Positions 28,146-38,111 of a DNA stretch of 58,715 nucleotides are shown in pieces. Positions within the stretch are counted from its first letter, which is position 1. Each line of letters starts with the position of its first letter. Made by a program: the position numbers and the translations under genes. The notes below the pieces were generated by a model. That model had not been told where the DNA came from. It was given only the letters and a program-made list of their open reading frames with translations, and searched no databases. The stretch comes from Chloroflexota bacterium (lineage in GTDB: Bacteria; Chloroflexota; Dehalococcoidia; UBA2979), in the NCBI GenBank assembly GCA_009839925.1, contig VXOS01000142.1:69110-127824 (forward strand), in the 5' to 3' direction.

Positions 28146-31100
28146 GCGCGGCGAGCCGGCTGCCGGGGCGCGAGCGCGCATGGCTGTGGATGGTCGGCCT
28201 TGCGGGCCTGGCGGCCGTCGTTGCGGCAATCGCGCTGATCGTCGCCCCGGACGGGCAGCACGACGACCCCGATCGGCTGGCCGCGACAGCGACACCCGCG
28301 GTCGCACCGTCGCCCCCGGTCGCCACGCCCTCGCCGACGGCCACCGCCGCCCCGTCGCCGGCAGCGGTCGCAACCCCGACCGCCAGGACGACGCCTTCTC
28401 CCACGCCGCCCGCGACCGTGACTCCCGAGGCCGCGCCGCTCGTGTCCGTTTCGCCCGGAGGAGACGCGGTGCCGCGGCTGGCCACACTGAAGATCGCCTT
28501 CCGCGACCCGCCGAGCGAGGAGGACGGGGCCGACCTCGTACGGATCAATCCGCCGACCGAGGGCTCGTTCGCCTGGGCCGACTCCCGCACGCTGCTCTTC
28601 CAGCCTGAGTTCCCCGGCTGGCAGCGCGGCCAGCGCTACGAGCTGCTCGTGGACGCCTCGGCCGCCGGCATCGAGGACGACCACCCGCACGCGTTCACCG
28701 TCGAGGGACAGCTGGAAGTGGCCTACGTCATCCCCGGAGCAGGGGATAGCGAGGTGCCGACGAACGCCCAGATCCTCGTCCAGTTCAACCGCTCGGTCGC
28801 GGCGCTGACCGTGCTTCAGGAAGGCCCCGCCCCGCAGGTGCTGGAGTTCGACCCGCCGCTCGCGGGGAAGGGGGAGTGGCTCAACACCTCGCTCTACCGC
28901 TTCATCCCGAGCGATCTGCGCCCGAGCACGGAGTACCGGGTGCGCATCCCCGCCGGGCTGACCTCGGCGGCCGACGGCGTGCTGCTGTCCGACTACGCCT
29001 GGACCTTCGCGACATTCCAGCCGTCCGTGACCCGCGTCTACCCGGGCGACGGCACGTACCACGTGGAGCCGGACGGGGCGCTCGTCGTCTCCTTCAACCA
29101 GCCGATGGACCGCGCCTCGATCGAGGCCGGCATCGCGCTCCGCAGGGCGGGTGATGGCGACACCGGGTCCTGGGTTCCGTGGAGCGGCGAGTACGAACCC
29201 GCCCCCTCGCTCTCGTTCGAGTGGAACGAGGACGACAGCACGGCCACGGTCACGCCGGACCAACCGCTCGCCTTGAACACCGCCTACGAGCTGATCGTGC
29301 CGGCCGGCCTGCGTGGCGCGTACGGCGGCGAGTCGAGATCCGAACGCGTCTCTCGCTTCACGACGATCTCGCCGCCGAAGCTCGTGCGCACCTCACCGCG
29401 CGACGGCGCCACGGGCGCGGGCACCTACCGGATCAGGCTCGACTACAACAACCCGATGGATTCCGGGTCCTTCGTCGACCGGATCTCGATCAGCGGCATT
29501 GACTCCGAAAAGATCGATGTCGACGTGTACTACGACCGCGCCTACATCTACGCGCCGCTCGAGTACCTGACTCACTACACGGTGAAGATCGAGGCAGGCG
29601 TGCGCGATCGCGGCCGCCGCCCGCTCCCGGCTCACGAGTTCTCGTTCACGACACGGGCCCGGCCGGCCCCCCGGCCGTGGATGTACCTCCAGACACCGGG
29701 TCAGTTCGTGACCTGGTCGGCGACGCACCAGCAGGAGCTGTACTACTTCGCCGCCCACGTCGACAAGGTCCACTTCCAGCTGCACCCGCTGACCGACACG
29801 GAAGCGGAACTGCTGCTGCGCCGCAACTACATCGACACCTGGGTCAACCGGAAGTGGACCCCCTTCGTGCCCTCGAACGATCCGTTGCGTATCTGGACCG
29901 AGGAGATCGCCGAGGAGCTGCGCGGCTCACGCCGCCCCCACTCCACGACGCTCGGTGACGGCCGGCCGCTCGCGACGGGCGACTACCTCCTGGTGGCGAC
30001 GAGCGCGGGCGGGACCAGCAAGGTGATGCTCAGCGTCGTCGATACAACGATCGTCACGAAGGTCTCGTCCGACGAACTCCTCGTGTGGGTGCTCGACTAC
30101 GAGACCGGCGAACCGCTCGCCGGGGCCGAGGTCGAGACCACGACGACTGCGACGACGGACGCCGACGGGCTCGCGTGGTTCCCGTCGGTGGGCGGGAGCG
30201 GGCGTCACATCGTGAGGGTCGACTCGGCCGGACACCACGGCACGGCGTCGACACACTGGCAACAGGGAAGCGCCCCCTGGCAGCTCGAGGTGCCGTTTTC
30301 GATGTCTCGTCCGAGGCTGCTCGGGCATCTCTACACGGACCGGCCAATCTACCGGCCCGGCGAGACCGTCTCCTTCAAGGGTGTCGTACGCCACGAGGAT
30401 GACGCGGCCTACTCGCTTCCCGAAACAGGCACGGCCTTCCGCGTGAGCATCCGCGATCGCAGCGGCAGGGAGATCCTGAACACGAGCATCGAGAGCAACG
30501 AGCTGGGGACGATCACCGGCGAGGGGATCCTGCCGGACGAGGCGAAGACCGGGCGCTACTACGTGCGGCTCATGCGCGACAGCGGGGCCTACATCACCTC
30601 CACGAGCTTCTCGGTCGCGGAGTTCCGCGTACCCGAGTTCAAGGTCGAGGTCGAAGCGCCGCGGGCGCACTACATCGACGGCGAGCAGATCGACGCCGAG
30701 GTGCGCGCGCGCTTCTTCTTCGGCGGGCCCGTCAACGACCAGGCCGTCGACTGGGCGGTGCTCTCGTCACCTGCACGGATCCGTGTCGAGGGGTACGAGC
30801 GCTACTCGTTCTCCGCCTATGACCGCTACTGGTGGGCAGAGGTCGACCGGCCGCTGCGCGCCCAGGGCAGCGCGAACACGGACGCCTCGGGCGACGCGCG
30901 AATCCAGGTTCCGGCGGCGCTCGATCCCGGCGAGGGCGCTCAGGAGTTCACGATCAGCGCCACGGTCACGGACGCGAACGCGCAGGTCGTGGCCAACAGC
31001 ACCACCGTCACGGTCCATCCCGCCGCGTGGTACGTGGGAGTCCGCCCCGAGTCCTACATCGCCACGGCCGGCAAGGCGGCGCGTGTGCACCTGGTGACGG

Positions 31101-34100
31101 TCGATGTCGAGGGTGAGATCGCTCCCCGCCGCCCGATCAGCGTGCGCTTCTTCCAGCGTGAGTGGGTCACGACGAAAGTCCAGACGCCCGGGGGCGGCCG
31201 CAGCTACCACAGTGAACCCCTCGACACGGAGATCGAGGTGCGGACGCTCACGACGAACGCGGACGGAGAGGCCTCGATCTTCTTCACGCCGCCCAGTTCC
31301 GGCTCGTACCGGATCGTGGCGGAGTCCATCGACGAGCAGGGCCGCGTGGCGCGCTCGGCCCGCTTCCTCTGGGTCAGCGGGCAACAGCGCGCGTACTGGC
31401 GCGTGCGCAACGACGACATCATCGAGCTGGTTGCCGACCGCGAGAGCTACGAGGTCGGCGATGTCGCCGAGGTGCTTGTGCCCACGCCGTTCGAGGGGGC
31501 GACCGGCCTCGTCACGATCGAGCGCGGGCGCGTGCTCAGCAGCGAGGTGCGCGTCTTCGAGACGAACAGCGAGGTGCTGCGGATCCCGATCGAGGACAGG
31601 CACCTGCCCAACGTCTACGTCAGCGTCGTGCTCTACCGCGCGCCGACGGCGGACGACCCCTTGCCTCGCTATCACATCGGGACGGTCGAGCTTCCGGTCT
31701 CCACGGCCCCGCGCAGGCTCGACGTGCGGATCACGCCCGATCGCGAACGGGCCGCGCCCGGCGAGACCGTCCGCTACGAGGTGCAGGTCACGGATTGGCA
31801 GGGCCGGGGCGCGGCCTCGGAGGTCTCGGTCGCCATCGTCGACCAGGCGGTGCTCTCGCTGGCGGACGAGGTGGGGCCGGACGGGCTGCGCGCGTTCTGG
31901 TTCCAGCGTCCGCTCGGCGTCTCGACCGGATCGTCGCTCGCCGTCTCGGTCGACCGCAGGAACGACGTGCTCAAGGAGCCGGAGCCCGAGGATCTGGGTG
32001 GCAAGGGCGCGGGTGGCGACGCGACCCTTCGCTCGAACTTCAAGAACACGGCGCTCTGGATCGGACAGCTCACCACGGACGAGAACGGCCGGGCCAGCTT
32101 CGAGCTCACGCTGCCGGACAACGCCACCACCTGGCGGGCGCAGGCGCGAGCCGTGAGCGGCACGACCCAGGTCGGCGAGGGCACCAGCGAGCTGCTGGTC
32201 ACACGGCCGCTGCTCGTGCGTCCGGCGCTGCCCCGCTTCTTGCGCGTCGGCGACGAGGTTACGCTGCGCACCCTGGTGCGCAACGGCACGGCCAGTGCAC
32301 GGGATGTTGCCGTCACTATCGAGGTCGAGGGTGTGACCCTCGAGGGCGGAGCGCTGCGGGTGGCCCGCGTCGCCTCGGACCGCTCGGCGGTGTTCGAGTG
32401 GTCCGCCCGCGCGCTCGCGGCGGGCACGGCGACGATCCGCTTCCGCGCCGCCGCTGCCGGTGGGTACGGTGACGCCGTCGAGATCAGCTTGCCCGTGCAC
32501 CTCGACGTGACGCCGGAGACGACCGCGACGGGCGGAGTGGTCAAGGACTCGCTGGCCGTCGAGGCGGTCTACCTGCCGGACTACGTGATCACGGGCAGCG
32601 GCTCGCTGGAGATCTCGGTCCAGGGCTCGATCGTCGGCGCGCTCGACGAGGAATTGGCCCACTTCCGACCAGCTCCGGACCGCTACGAGTCGAACATCAC
32701 GATCGCCAGCCGCGTGATCGCGAGCGTCGCGGTGCAGCGCGGCACGGCGCGAGGCCTCAGCACCACGCAGCGGGGGCAGTTGCTCGCCGACCTGACGGAG
32801 CTGATCAGCCGGCAGCGCTACGACAGCGGCTGGGGCTGGTGCCGAACGTGCTCGAGCGACCCGATGTGCACCGGCTGGGTGCTGATCGCCCTCGGCGAGG
32901 CGCGCGATGCCGGCTACAACGTCCCGTACGACGTGCTCGGGCAGGCCTGGCGGCTGATCACGAATCACGTGCACCGCCGGACCGATGTCCAGTGGCCCGC
33001 GGACCCGAACCAGCACGCCTTCCTGCTCTACGCGCTCACCGACGCCGCGAATCGCGGCGACGTGACGAGCCAGATCGCCAGGCAGCAGGCGGGCACGATG
33101 CGCGCCATCGTCGAGCAGCACCGTGCGCAGCTGACCAGCTGGGGACGTGCCTACCTGCTGCTCGGCCTGCTCGCCACGGGTCACGAGCCGGACCACGAGG
33201 CCGTACGCACGCTGCTCAACGACCTCACGGCCGCCACCGTCGCGAGCGCCAACGGCAACCACTGGCGGGACGGGCGGATCGCCGGCTCGATGCATAACGG
33301 CAGCGTGCGCACCACGGCGCTCGTACTGCGCGCCCTCACCGCGGCCGATCCTCAGCACACCCTGATCGAGGAGACCGCACGCTGGCTGTCGATCACCCGC
33401 ACGGCGCAGCGCTGGAAGACCACTGTCGAGCGCTCGCAGGGGATGGCCGCGCTCGGCGCCTACGCCCAGCTGACCGGCGAACACCTCGGGCAGTACGACT
33501 ACGAGGTCTGGGTCAACGCGGACAGCGTGCTGGACGGCCACTTCGACGTGCCCGCGGGCGACTACCGCGACGCTACGAGCGTCGCGCTCGCCGACCTGCC
33601 GCTGGGCGAGGTCAGCCGCGTGCAGTTCGAGCGCGATGCGAGCGGTCCCGGGCGCATGTACTACGGCCTCAACCTGCGCTACGTCACGCCCGCGCAAGAC
33701 ATCGAGGCGCTGAACCGCGGCTTCGCCGTCTCGCACCGCTACACGCTGCTGGACAACCCCGACGAGCCGATCACGAGCGCGTCGCTCGGTGACGTGGTGC
33801 GGATCGAGGTGACGGTGATCGCTCCGACGGATCGCGTGTTTGCGAAGGTCGAGGACTTCCTCCCCGCGGGCCTCGAGCCGATCGACCCGCGGCTGAAGAT
33901 CGTGCCGATCGAGTTGCGCCGGCAGCTGGAAGACGACCGCACCCGGGCCTGGACGAAGGGGGGACCCGGCTACTACGCCCCCTGGTACGGCTGGTACTAC
34001 AGCCCGTGGGACCAGACCGATATCCGCGACGACCGGGTCGTGCTGCTTGCCGACCGGTTGCCGAAGGGGATGCATGTCTACGTCTACTACGCGAGGGCGA

Positions 34101-34210
34101 CGACACCCGGGGACTTCTTCCTTGCCCCCGCGCACGCTGAGGAAACGTTCTTCCCCGAGGTCTTCGGGCGCAGCGACAGCGGCCGCTTCACCGTCCACGC
34201 CGCCGAGTAG
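28142..34210 (+). CDS. Membrane-anchored alpha-2-macroglobulin family protein with N-terminal Ig-like repeats
   Basis: YTDRPIYRPGE, EFRVPEF, LPDNATTW, LPRFLRVGD, DFLPAGLEP, PEVFGRS; N-terminal TM and Pro/Thr linker. Confidence 0.9.
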   Translation: MSAASRLPGRERAWLWMVGLAGLAAVVAAIALIVAPDGQHDDPDRLAATATPAVAPSPPVATPSPTATAAPSPAAVATPTARTTPSPTPPATVTPEAAPLVSVSPGGDAVPRLATLKIAFRDPPSEEDGADLVRINPPTEGSFAWADSRTLLFQPEFPGWQRGQRYELLVDASAAGIEDDHPHAFTVEGQLEVAYVIPGAGDSEVPTNAQILVQFNRSVAALTVLQEGPAPQVLEFDPPLAGKGEWLNTSLYRFIPSDLRPSTEYRVRIPAGLTSAADGVLLSDYAWTFATFQPSVTRVYPGDGTYHVEPDGALVVSFNQPMDRASIEAGIALRRAGDGDTGSWVPWSGEYEPAPSLSFEWNEDDSTATVTPDQPLALNTAYELIVPAGLRGAYGGESRSERVSRFTTISPPKLVRTSPRDGATGAGTYRIRLDYNNPMDSGSFVDRISISGIDSEKIDVDVYYDRAYIYAPLEYLTHYTVKIEAGVRDRGRRPLPAHEFSFTTRARPAPRPWMYLQTPGQFVTWSATHQQELYYFAAHVDKVHFQLHPLTDTEAELLLRRNYIDTWVNRKWTPFVPSNDPLRIWTEEIAEELRGSRRPHSTTLGDGRPLATGDYLLVATSAGGTSKVMLSVVDTTIVTKVSSDELLVWVLDYETGEPLAGAEVETTTTATTDADGLAWFPSVGGSGRHIVRVDSAGHHGTASTHWQQGSAPWQLEVPFSMSRPRLLGHLYTDRPIYRPGETVSFKGVVRHEDDAAYSLPETGTAFRVSIRDRSGREILNTSIESNELGTITGEGILPDEAKTGRYYVRLMRDSGAYITSTSFSVAEFRVPEFKVEVEAPRAHYIDGEQIDAEVRARFFFGGPVNDQAVDWAVLSSPARIRVEGYERYSFSAYDRYWWAEVDRPLRAQGSANTDASGDARIQVPAALDPGEGAQEFTISATVTDANAQVVANSTTVTVHPAAWYVGVRPESYIATAGKAARVHLVTVDVEGEIAPRRPISVRFFQREWVTTKVQTPGGGRSYHSEPLDTEIEVRTLTTNADGEASIFFTPPSSGSYRIVAESIDEQGRVARSARFLWVSGQQRAYWRVRNDDIIELVADRESYEVGDVAEVLVPTPFEGATGLVTIERGRVLSSEVRVFETNSEVLRIPIEDRHLPNVYVSVVLYRAPTADDPLPRYHIGTVELPVSTAPRRLDVRITPDRERAAPGETVRYEVQVTDWQGRGAASEVSVAIVDQAVLSLADEVGPDGLRAFWFQRPLGVSTGSSLAVSVDRRNDVLKEPEPEDLGGKGAGGDATLRSNFKNTALWIGQLTTDENGRASFELTLPDNATTWRAQARAVSGTTQVGEGTSELLVTRPLLVRPALPRFLRVGDEVTLRTLVRNGTASARDVAVTIEVEGVTLEGGALRVARVASDRSAVFEWSARALAAGTATIRFRAAAAGGYGDAVEISLPVHLDVTPETTATGGVVKDSLAVEAVYLPDYVITGSGSLEISVQGSIVGALDEELAHFRPAPDRYESNITIASRVIASVAVQRGTARGLSTTQRGQLLADLTELISRQRYDSGWGWCRTCSSDPMCTGWVLIALGEARDAGYNVPYDVLGQAWRLITNHVHRRTDVQWPADPNQHAFLLYALTDAANRGDVTSQIARQQAGTMRAIVEQHRAQLTSWGRAYLLLGLLATGHEPDHEAVRTLLNDLTAATVASANGNHWRDGRIAGSMHNGSVRTTALVLRALTAADPQHTLIEETARWLSITRTAQRWKTTVERSQGMAALGAYAQLTGEHLGQYDYEVWVNADSVLDGHFDVPAGDYRDATSVALADLPLGEVSRVQFERDASGPGRMYYGLNLRYVTPAQDIEALNRGFAVSHRYTLLDNPDEPITSASLGDVVRIEVTVIAPTDRVFAKVEDFLPAGLEPIDPRLKIVPIELRRQLEDDRTRAWTKGGPGYYAPWYGWYYSPWDQTDIRDDRVVLLADRLPKGMHVYVYYARATTPGDFFLAPAHAEETFFPEVFGRSDSGRFTVHAAE

Positions 34211-34240
34211 CGGCGGCCCGAACCGCTACACAACAGGAGG

Positions 34241-35242
34241 TCAGGACTGCACCTGCGGCAGAACCTGCGAGGCGATCAGTTCGAGCGAGTCGAAGTCCGC
34301 GAGCGCGTGGTGCTGCAGCATCATGCCCGCGATCCCCGCCTCTTCGCAGCGCCCGATCTGCTCGACGATCGCGTCCGGCGTGCCGATCAGCCAGCCCCGC
34401 GTCGCGAGGACCGAGAGCGTCTCCTCGATTGACTGGGCAGCCTGCGGTTGGCGAGCGTCAATCGCGCGCCCGCCTGCCCGCACCAGCGCGGGCGCCTGCG
34501 CGGCGATGCGCTCGAAGTGCGCGCGCTGCTCCGCCTCGTCGCGCCCGATCACGAACCCCGCCATCTGCGAGTGACGGATCTCCGAGGCGTCGCGACCGAC
34601 GTCCTCGCAGTGCGCGGCGAGCACGCCTGCGAGCCGCTCGTACTCGTCGAGGTCGACACCGGCGAAGTTCCACTCCTGCGCGTAGCGGGCCGTGATCCGC
34701 AGCGTGCGGCGCTCGCCGCGGCCACCCACCAGCAGCGGGAGCGGCCGCTGCGCGGGCTTGGGATGGGAGATCGCCTCGTAGAGGCGGTAGTGGCGGCCCT
34801 CGAAGCTCGCGGGCCCGTCGCCGAGCAGCGCCAGCACGACCTGCACGCCCTCCTCGAGGCGGTCCATGCGCTCGCGCAGGCTGGGGAAGGGAAGGCCGAA
34901 AGCCTCGTGCTCCCCGACGTTCCAGCCGGCGCCGACGCCGAGCACGAAGCGCCCGCCGCTGAGCTGGTCGAGCTGCGCCGCCATCCGCGCGAGCAGCGAG
35001 GGGTGGCGGAACGTCATCGAGGCGACCAGCGGCCCGAAGCGGACGCGCTCGGTCTCCTCGGCGGCCACGACGAAGGAGATGAAGGTCTCGAGTGCGTCGC
35101 GGTCGCGTGGGCCCATCAGGGAGTGGAAGTGATCGGAGCGCCAGAGCGACTCGAAGCCGGCGTCGTCGGTGAAGCGGGCGATGCGCCGCCACAGCTCCCA
35201 GCCGAGCCCCTCCTGTCCCTCGATCATCACGCCCAGGTCCAT
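34241..35242 (-). CDS. LLM-class (probably F420-dependent) oxidoreductase
   Basis: MIEGQEG, WRSDHF, FRHPSLLA, SGGRFVLGVGAGW. Confidence 0.9.
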   Translation of the reverse strand: MDLGVMIEGQEGLGWELWRRIARFTDDAGFESLWRSDHFHSLMGPRDRDALETFISFVVAAEETERVRFGPLVASMTFRHPSLLARMAAQLDQLSGGRFVLGVGAGWNVGEHEAFGLPFPSLRERMDRLEEGVQVVLALLGDGPASFEGRHYRLYEAISHPKPAQRPLPLLVGGRGERRTLRITARYAQEWNFAGVDLDEYERLAGVLAAHCEDVGRDASEIRHSQMAGFVIGRDEAEQRAHFERIAAQAPALVRAGGRAIDARQPQAAQSIEETLSVLATRGWLIGTPDAIVEQIGRCEEAGIAGMMLQHHALADFDSLELIASQVLPQVQS

Positions 35243-35278
35243 TGAGGTCCTCCGTCCAGGCGCGAGTGAACGCCGCCG

Positions 35279-36430
35279 CTACAGGTTGCCGAGGATCAGG
35301 GTCGAGGTGCCGGAGAACATGCCGGCCGGGGCGTGCGTCATGCTCAGCTCGAGGTTGGGGAGCTGGCGCTCGCCGGCCTCGCCGCGCAGTTGCGTCACCG
35401 ACTCCATGATCGCGAACATCCCGTACATGCCGGTATGCGTGTAGGAGAGCCCGCCGCCGTTGGTGTTGACCGGCAGCTCGCCGCCGGGCGCGGTATGCAT
35501 CTCCGCGAAGTAGGGGGCGCCCTCGCCCGGCTCCACGAAGCCGAGCGCCTCGAGGGCGTAGACCGGCACGTGCGTGAAGGCGTCGTAGAGCATCAGGTGG
35601 CGGATGTCGGCGTGGTCGAGCCCGGCCATCGCGAAGGCGCTCGCGCCGGTCTGCTTCGCGGGCGTCCACTCCGTCATGTCGTCCATGAAGGTGATCGAGC
35701 GATGGGCGGTCGCCTCGCCGCGGCCGAGCAGCCAGACGGGCGGCTTCGGGAAGTCGTGCGCGCGTTCCTCGCTGACCAGCACCAGCGCGCCGCCGCCGTC
35801 GGTGACGAGGCAGCAGTTGAACAGGCGCAGCGGCCAGGCGATCAGCCGCGAGTTCAGCACGTCCTCGACGCTGATCGGGTCGCGCATCATCGCCCGGGGA
35901 TTGAGCGTCGCCCAGCGTCGCGTCGCAACGGCGACGGCGGCGAACTGCTCCTCGGTGCTGCCGAAGTGGTGCATATGCCGCACCTGCGGGATCGAGAACA
36001 TGCTGGGCGGGCCCCAGCCTCCGAACGGGTGCTCGAACTGCCCCTGGATGCTCGACGGCCCCGCGTCACCCGGCGGCATGCCGACACGCGAGCGGCCGGA
36101 CTCGCCGTGCGTGACCAGTGCCGTGTCGCAGTAGCCGGCCTCGATCGCCGCGGCCGCGTGGCCGACGTGCATGAGGAACGAACCACCGCCGACGGCGGTC
36201 CCGTCCACCCAGCGCGGCGAGATGTGCAGGTACTCCGAGATGTCCGCCGGCGTCGTGCCCGCGGTGGCGATGCCGTCGACGTCGTCCTCGGTCAGCCCCG
36301 CGTCGGCGAGGGCGAGCCGCGCGGCTTCGGCGTGCAGCTGGATCATCGAGCGGTCCGGGAGGACGCCGAGCTCCGTCTCCGCGGCGCCGACAATCGCGAC
36401 CTTGCGCCTGAGGCGGCTCGCTGAGGGCAT
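35279..36430 (-). CDS. Thiolase-fold protein (SCP-x/Ltp2-like)
   Basis: VAIVGAAE, GGGSF, CCLVTDGGGA, YDAFT, NTNGGGLS. Confidence 0.9.
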   Translation of the reverse strand: MPSASRLRRKVAIVGAAETELGVLPDRSMIQLHAEAARLALADAGLTEDDVDGIATAGTTPADISEYLHISPRWVDGTAVGGGSFLMHVGHAAAAIEAGYCDTALVTHGESGRSRVGMPPGDAGPSSIQGQFEHPFGGWGPPSMFSIPQVRHMHHFGSTEEQFAAVAVATRRWATLNPRAMMRDPISVEDVLNSRLIAWPLRLFNCCLVTDGGGALVLVSEERAHDFPKPPVWLLGRGEATAHRSITFMDDMTEWTPAKQTGASAFAMAGLDHADIRHLMLYDAFTHVPVYALEALGFVEPGEGAPYFAEMHTAPGGELPVNTNGGGLSYTHTGMYGMFAIMESVTQLRGEAGERQLPNLELSMTHAPAGMFSGTSTLILGNL

Positions 36431-36443
36431 GACCGGCTCCTCG

Positions 36444-36863
36444 CTAGCCTCGCGCCGGCCGGAACTTGGCCAGCGTCACCTCGTCGGTGACGTCGTCGTA
36501 GACGATCTCGAGCGGCATATCGACAGGCAGCGCCTCCGGCGTCGGCTCCACCTCGACGAGGTTGGTCATCATGCGCGGCCCCTCGTCCAGCTCGACGACG
36601 GCGATCACGTAGGGAGCGTCGTCGGCGAAGCCCCCGAAGCCGCGATGCGAGATCACGTAGGTGTGGAGCTTCGCGCGGCCGGAGACGGTCTCCCACTGCA
36701 CGTTGCCGGAGCGGCAGCCCGCGTGCGGGCAGAACGGGCGGGGGAAGAAGTAGAAGCGATCGCAGTCGAGGCAGCGCTGGATGCGCAGCTCATGCCGCTT
36801 CAGGCCGTCCCAGAACTCCTGGGTCTCCGGCGTCGGCTCCGGAAGGGGCTTGTCGTACGCCAT
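36444..36863 (-). CDS. DUF35 Zn-ribbon/OB-fold protein (thiolase partner)
   Basis: FW, QRCLDC...PRPFCP..C, VELDEGPRMMTN. Confidence 0.9.
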   Translation of the reverse strand: MAYDKPLPEPTPETQEFWDGLKRHELRIQRCLDCDRFYFFPRPFCPHAGCRSGNVQWETVSGRAKLHTYVISHRGFGGFADDAPYVIAVVELDEGPRMMTNLVEVEPTPEALPVDMPLEIVYDDVTDEVTLAKFRPARG

Positions 36864-36881
36864 CGTCTCCGCCGCGCCGGC

Positions 36882-37427
36882 TCAGTCGCCGAGGACGGTG
36901 TCGTAGCCGAGGGAGCGGATCTCCTCCACATACTCGGCGCGCCAGCCGGCGGCCGGGATGCGGCGCTTCAGCTCGCGGAACTCGCGGTGGTAGCGCAGGT
37001 ACTCCTCCTCGAGCCGCCGCCGCCACTCCGCCTCCTCGCGGTAGGCATCCGGGTCGACCTCTTCGAGGCGGCGGTCGAAGCTCTCCTCGTCGAGGTCGAA
37101 CTCGTCGCGCCAGTACTCGGCGAGGTAGTCGAGCGTGTCCTCGAGGTCGCGGCGGCAGTCGAGCATGTAGGTCTCGAGCAGCTGGCCGGCGTCGGCGGTT
37201 GAGCCGCGCAGCCGCTCGGAGCGCGCGCAGTCCTGGCACAGCGTGACGAGCTTGCGCGCCTCGCAGCTGTCGCCGCGCGGGCAGTTGCGGTGGCGCGGCG
37301 CGTAGGGCGAGAGCTCGGGCTTGCGGGAGTAGCCGACGACGAGCGCCTCGAAGTCGGTCTGGCAGCGCGGGCAGGTGAGCCGGCTCGCGAAGATCTGGTT
37401 GATCGCCTCTTCCCAGTTGATGCGCAC
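36882..37427 (-). CDS. Cys-rich hypothetical protein
   Basis: CPRC, HRNCPRGDSC, CQDC, followed by charged helices; host-like codon usage. Confidence 0.7.
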   Translation of the reverse strand: MRINWEEAINQIFASRLTCPRCQTDFEALVVGYSRKPELSPYAPRHRNCPRGDSCEARKLVTLCQDCARSERLRGSTADAGQLLETYMLDCRRDLEDTLDYLAEYWRDEFDLDEESFDRRLEEVDPDAYREEAEWRRRLEEEYLRYHREFRELKRRIPAAGWRAEYVEEIRSLGYDTVLGD

Positions 37428-37514
37428 TGCTTACCTCTCCGCACGGCCGGGCTGGTTCGATGGTACGCGCGGCCCGGCCACTGTCAACGCGACGGCGTCA
37501 CAGGATTGGTGACG

Positions 37515-38021
37515 TTACCCGGCAGCCAGCGCGCGTTCGTAGCTGCCGGACTGGCCGGGCATCTCCTCGACCTCGACGGCGATGCGCGTGAGGTTGTCGG
37601 CGCCTTCGGCGGCGAGTGCGGCGACGACGGTCTCGCAGAGCCACTGCGCCAGCAGCTCGGCGGTGCTGTTCTCGATTGGCAGCGCGGCGACGTCGGAGGC
37701 AGGGAAGCGGTACTCGTGATCGCCGAAGCGAACGACCCAGGCGTCCGGCTGCTCCTCGATCCCGAGTAGCTGCGAGTCGCGCTGGAGCAGGAAGCGGTGG
37801 TCGAGGCGCTCGCAGGCCTCGCGCACGAGGCGCTTGAGCACGCTGAAGTCGATCACCCAGTGGTCGGCCGTGAGCGCGCCCTCGACGTGGCAGCGCACGA
37901 TGTAGTTGTGGCCGTGCAGCGGCTCCAGCTCGTCGCCGAGCGTGGCCATGTGCGCCGCGGCGAAACGCAGCCGCACGCCCTCGACGGTCACCGCTCGGCG
38001 CTCCGCGCTTGCTTCGCTCAT
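37515..38021 (-). CDS. 6-pyruvoyl-tetrahydropterin synthase family protein (PTPS-III-type motif)
   Basis: FAAAH, EPLHGHNY, IDF..LK, LDHRFL, STAE. Confidence 0.85.
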   Translation of the reverse strand: MSEASAERRAVTVEGVRLRFAAAHMATLGDELEPLHGHNYIVRCHVEGALTADHWVIDFSVLKRLVREACERLDHRFLLQRDSQLLGIEEQPDAWVVRFGDHEYRFPASDVAALPIENSTAELLAQWLCETVVAALAAEGADNLTRIAVEVEEMPGQSGSYERALAAG

Positions 38022-38111
38022 CGCGCCATCCCGGCCGTTGGGGCGGTCCGCCCAACGAACGAGGGCAGCCGCGCGGCTGCCCTCGTCATACTCATCGCCC
38101 GCCGCGTCTGC

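Noticed and set aside
30767-34198. Long antisense or alternate-frame ORFs (e.g. 1143 aa here, 922 aa at 15186-17954, 790 aa at 18104-20476)
   Set aside because: Shadow ORFs of high-GC genes; no motifs, and each overlaps a well-supported gene
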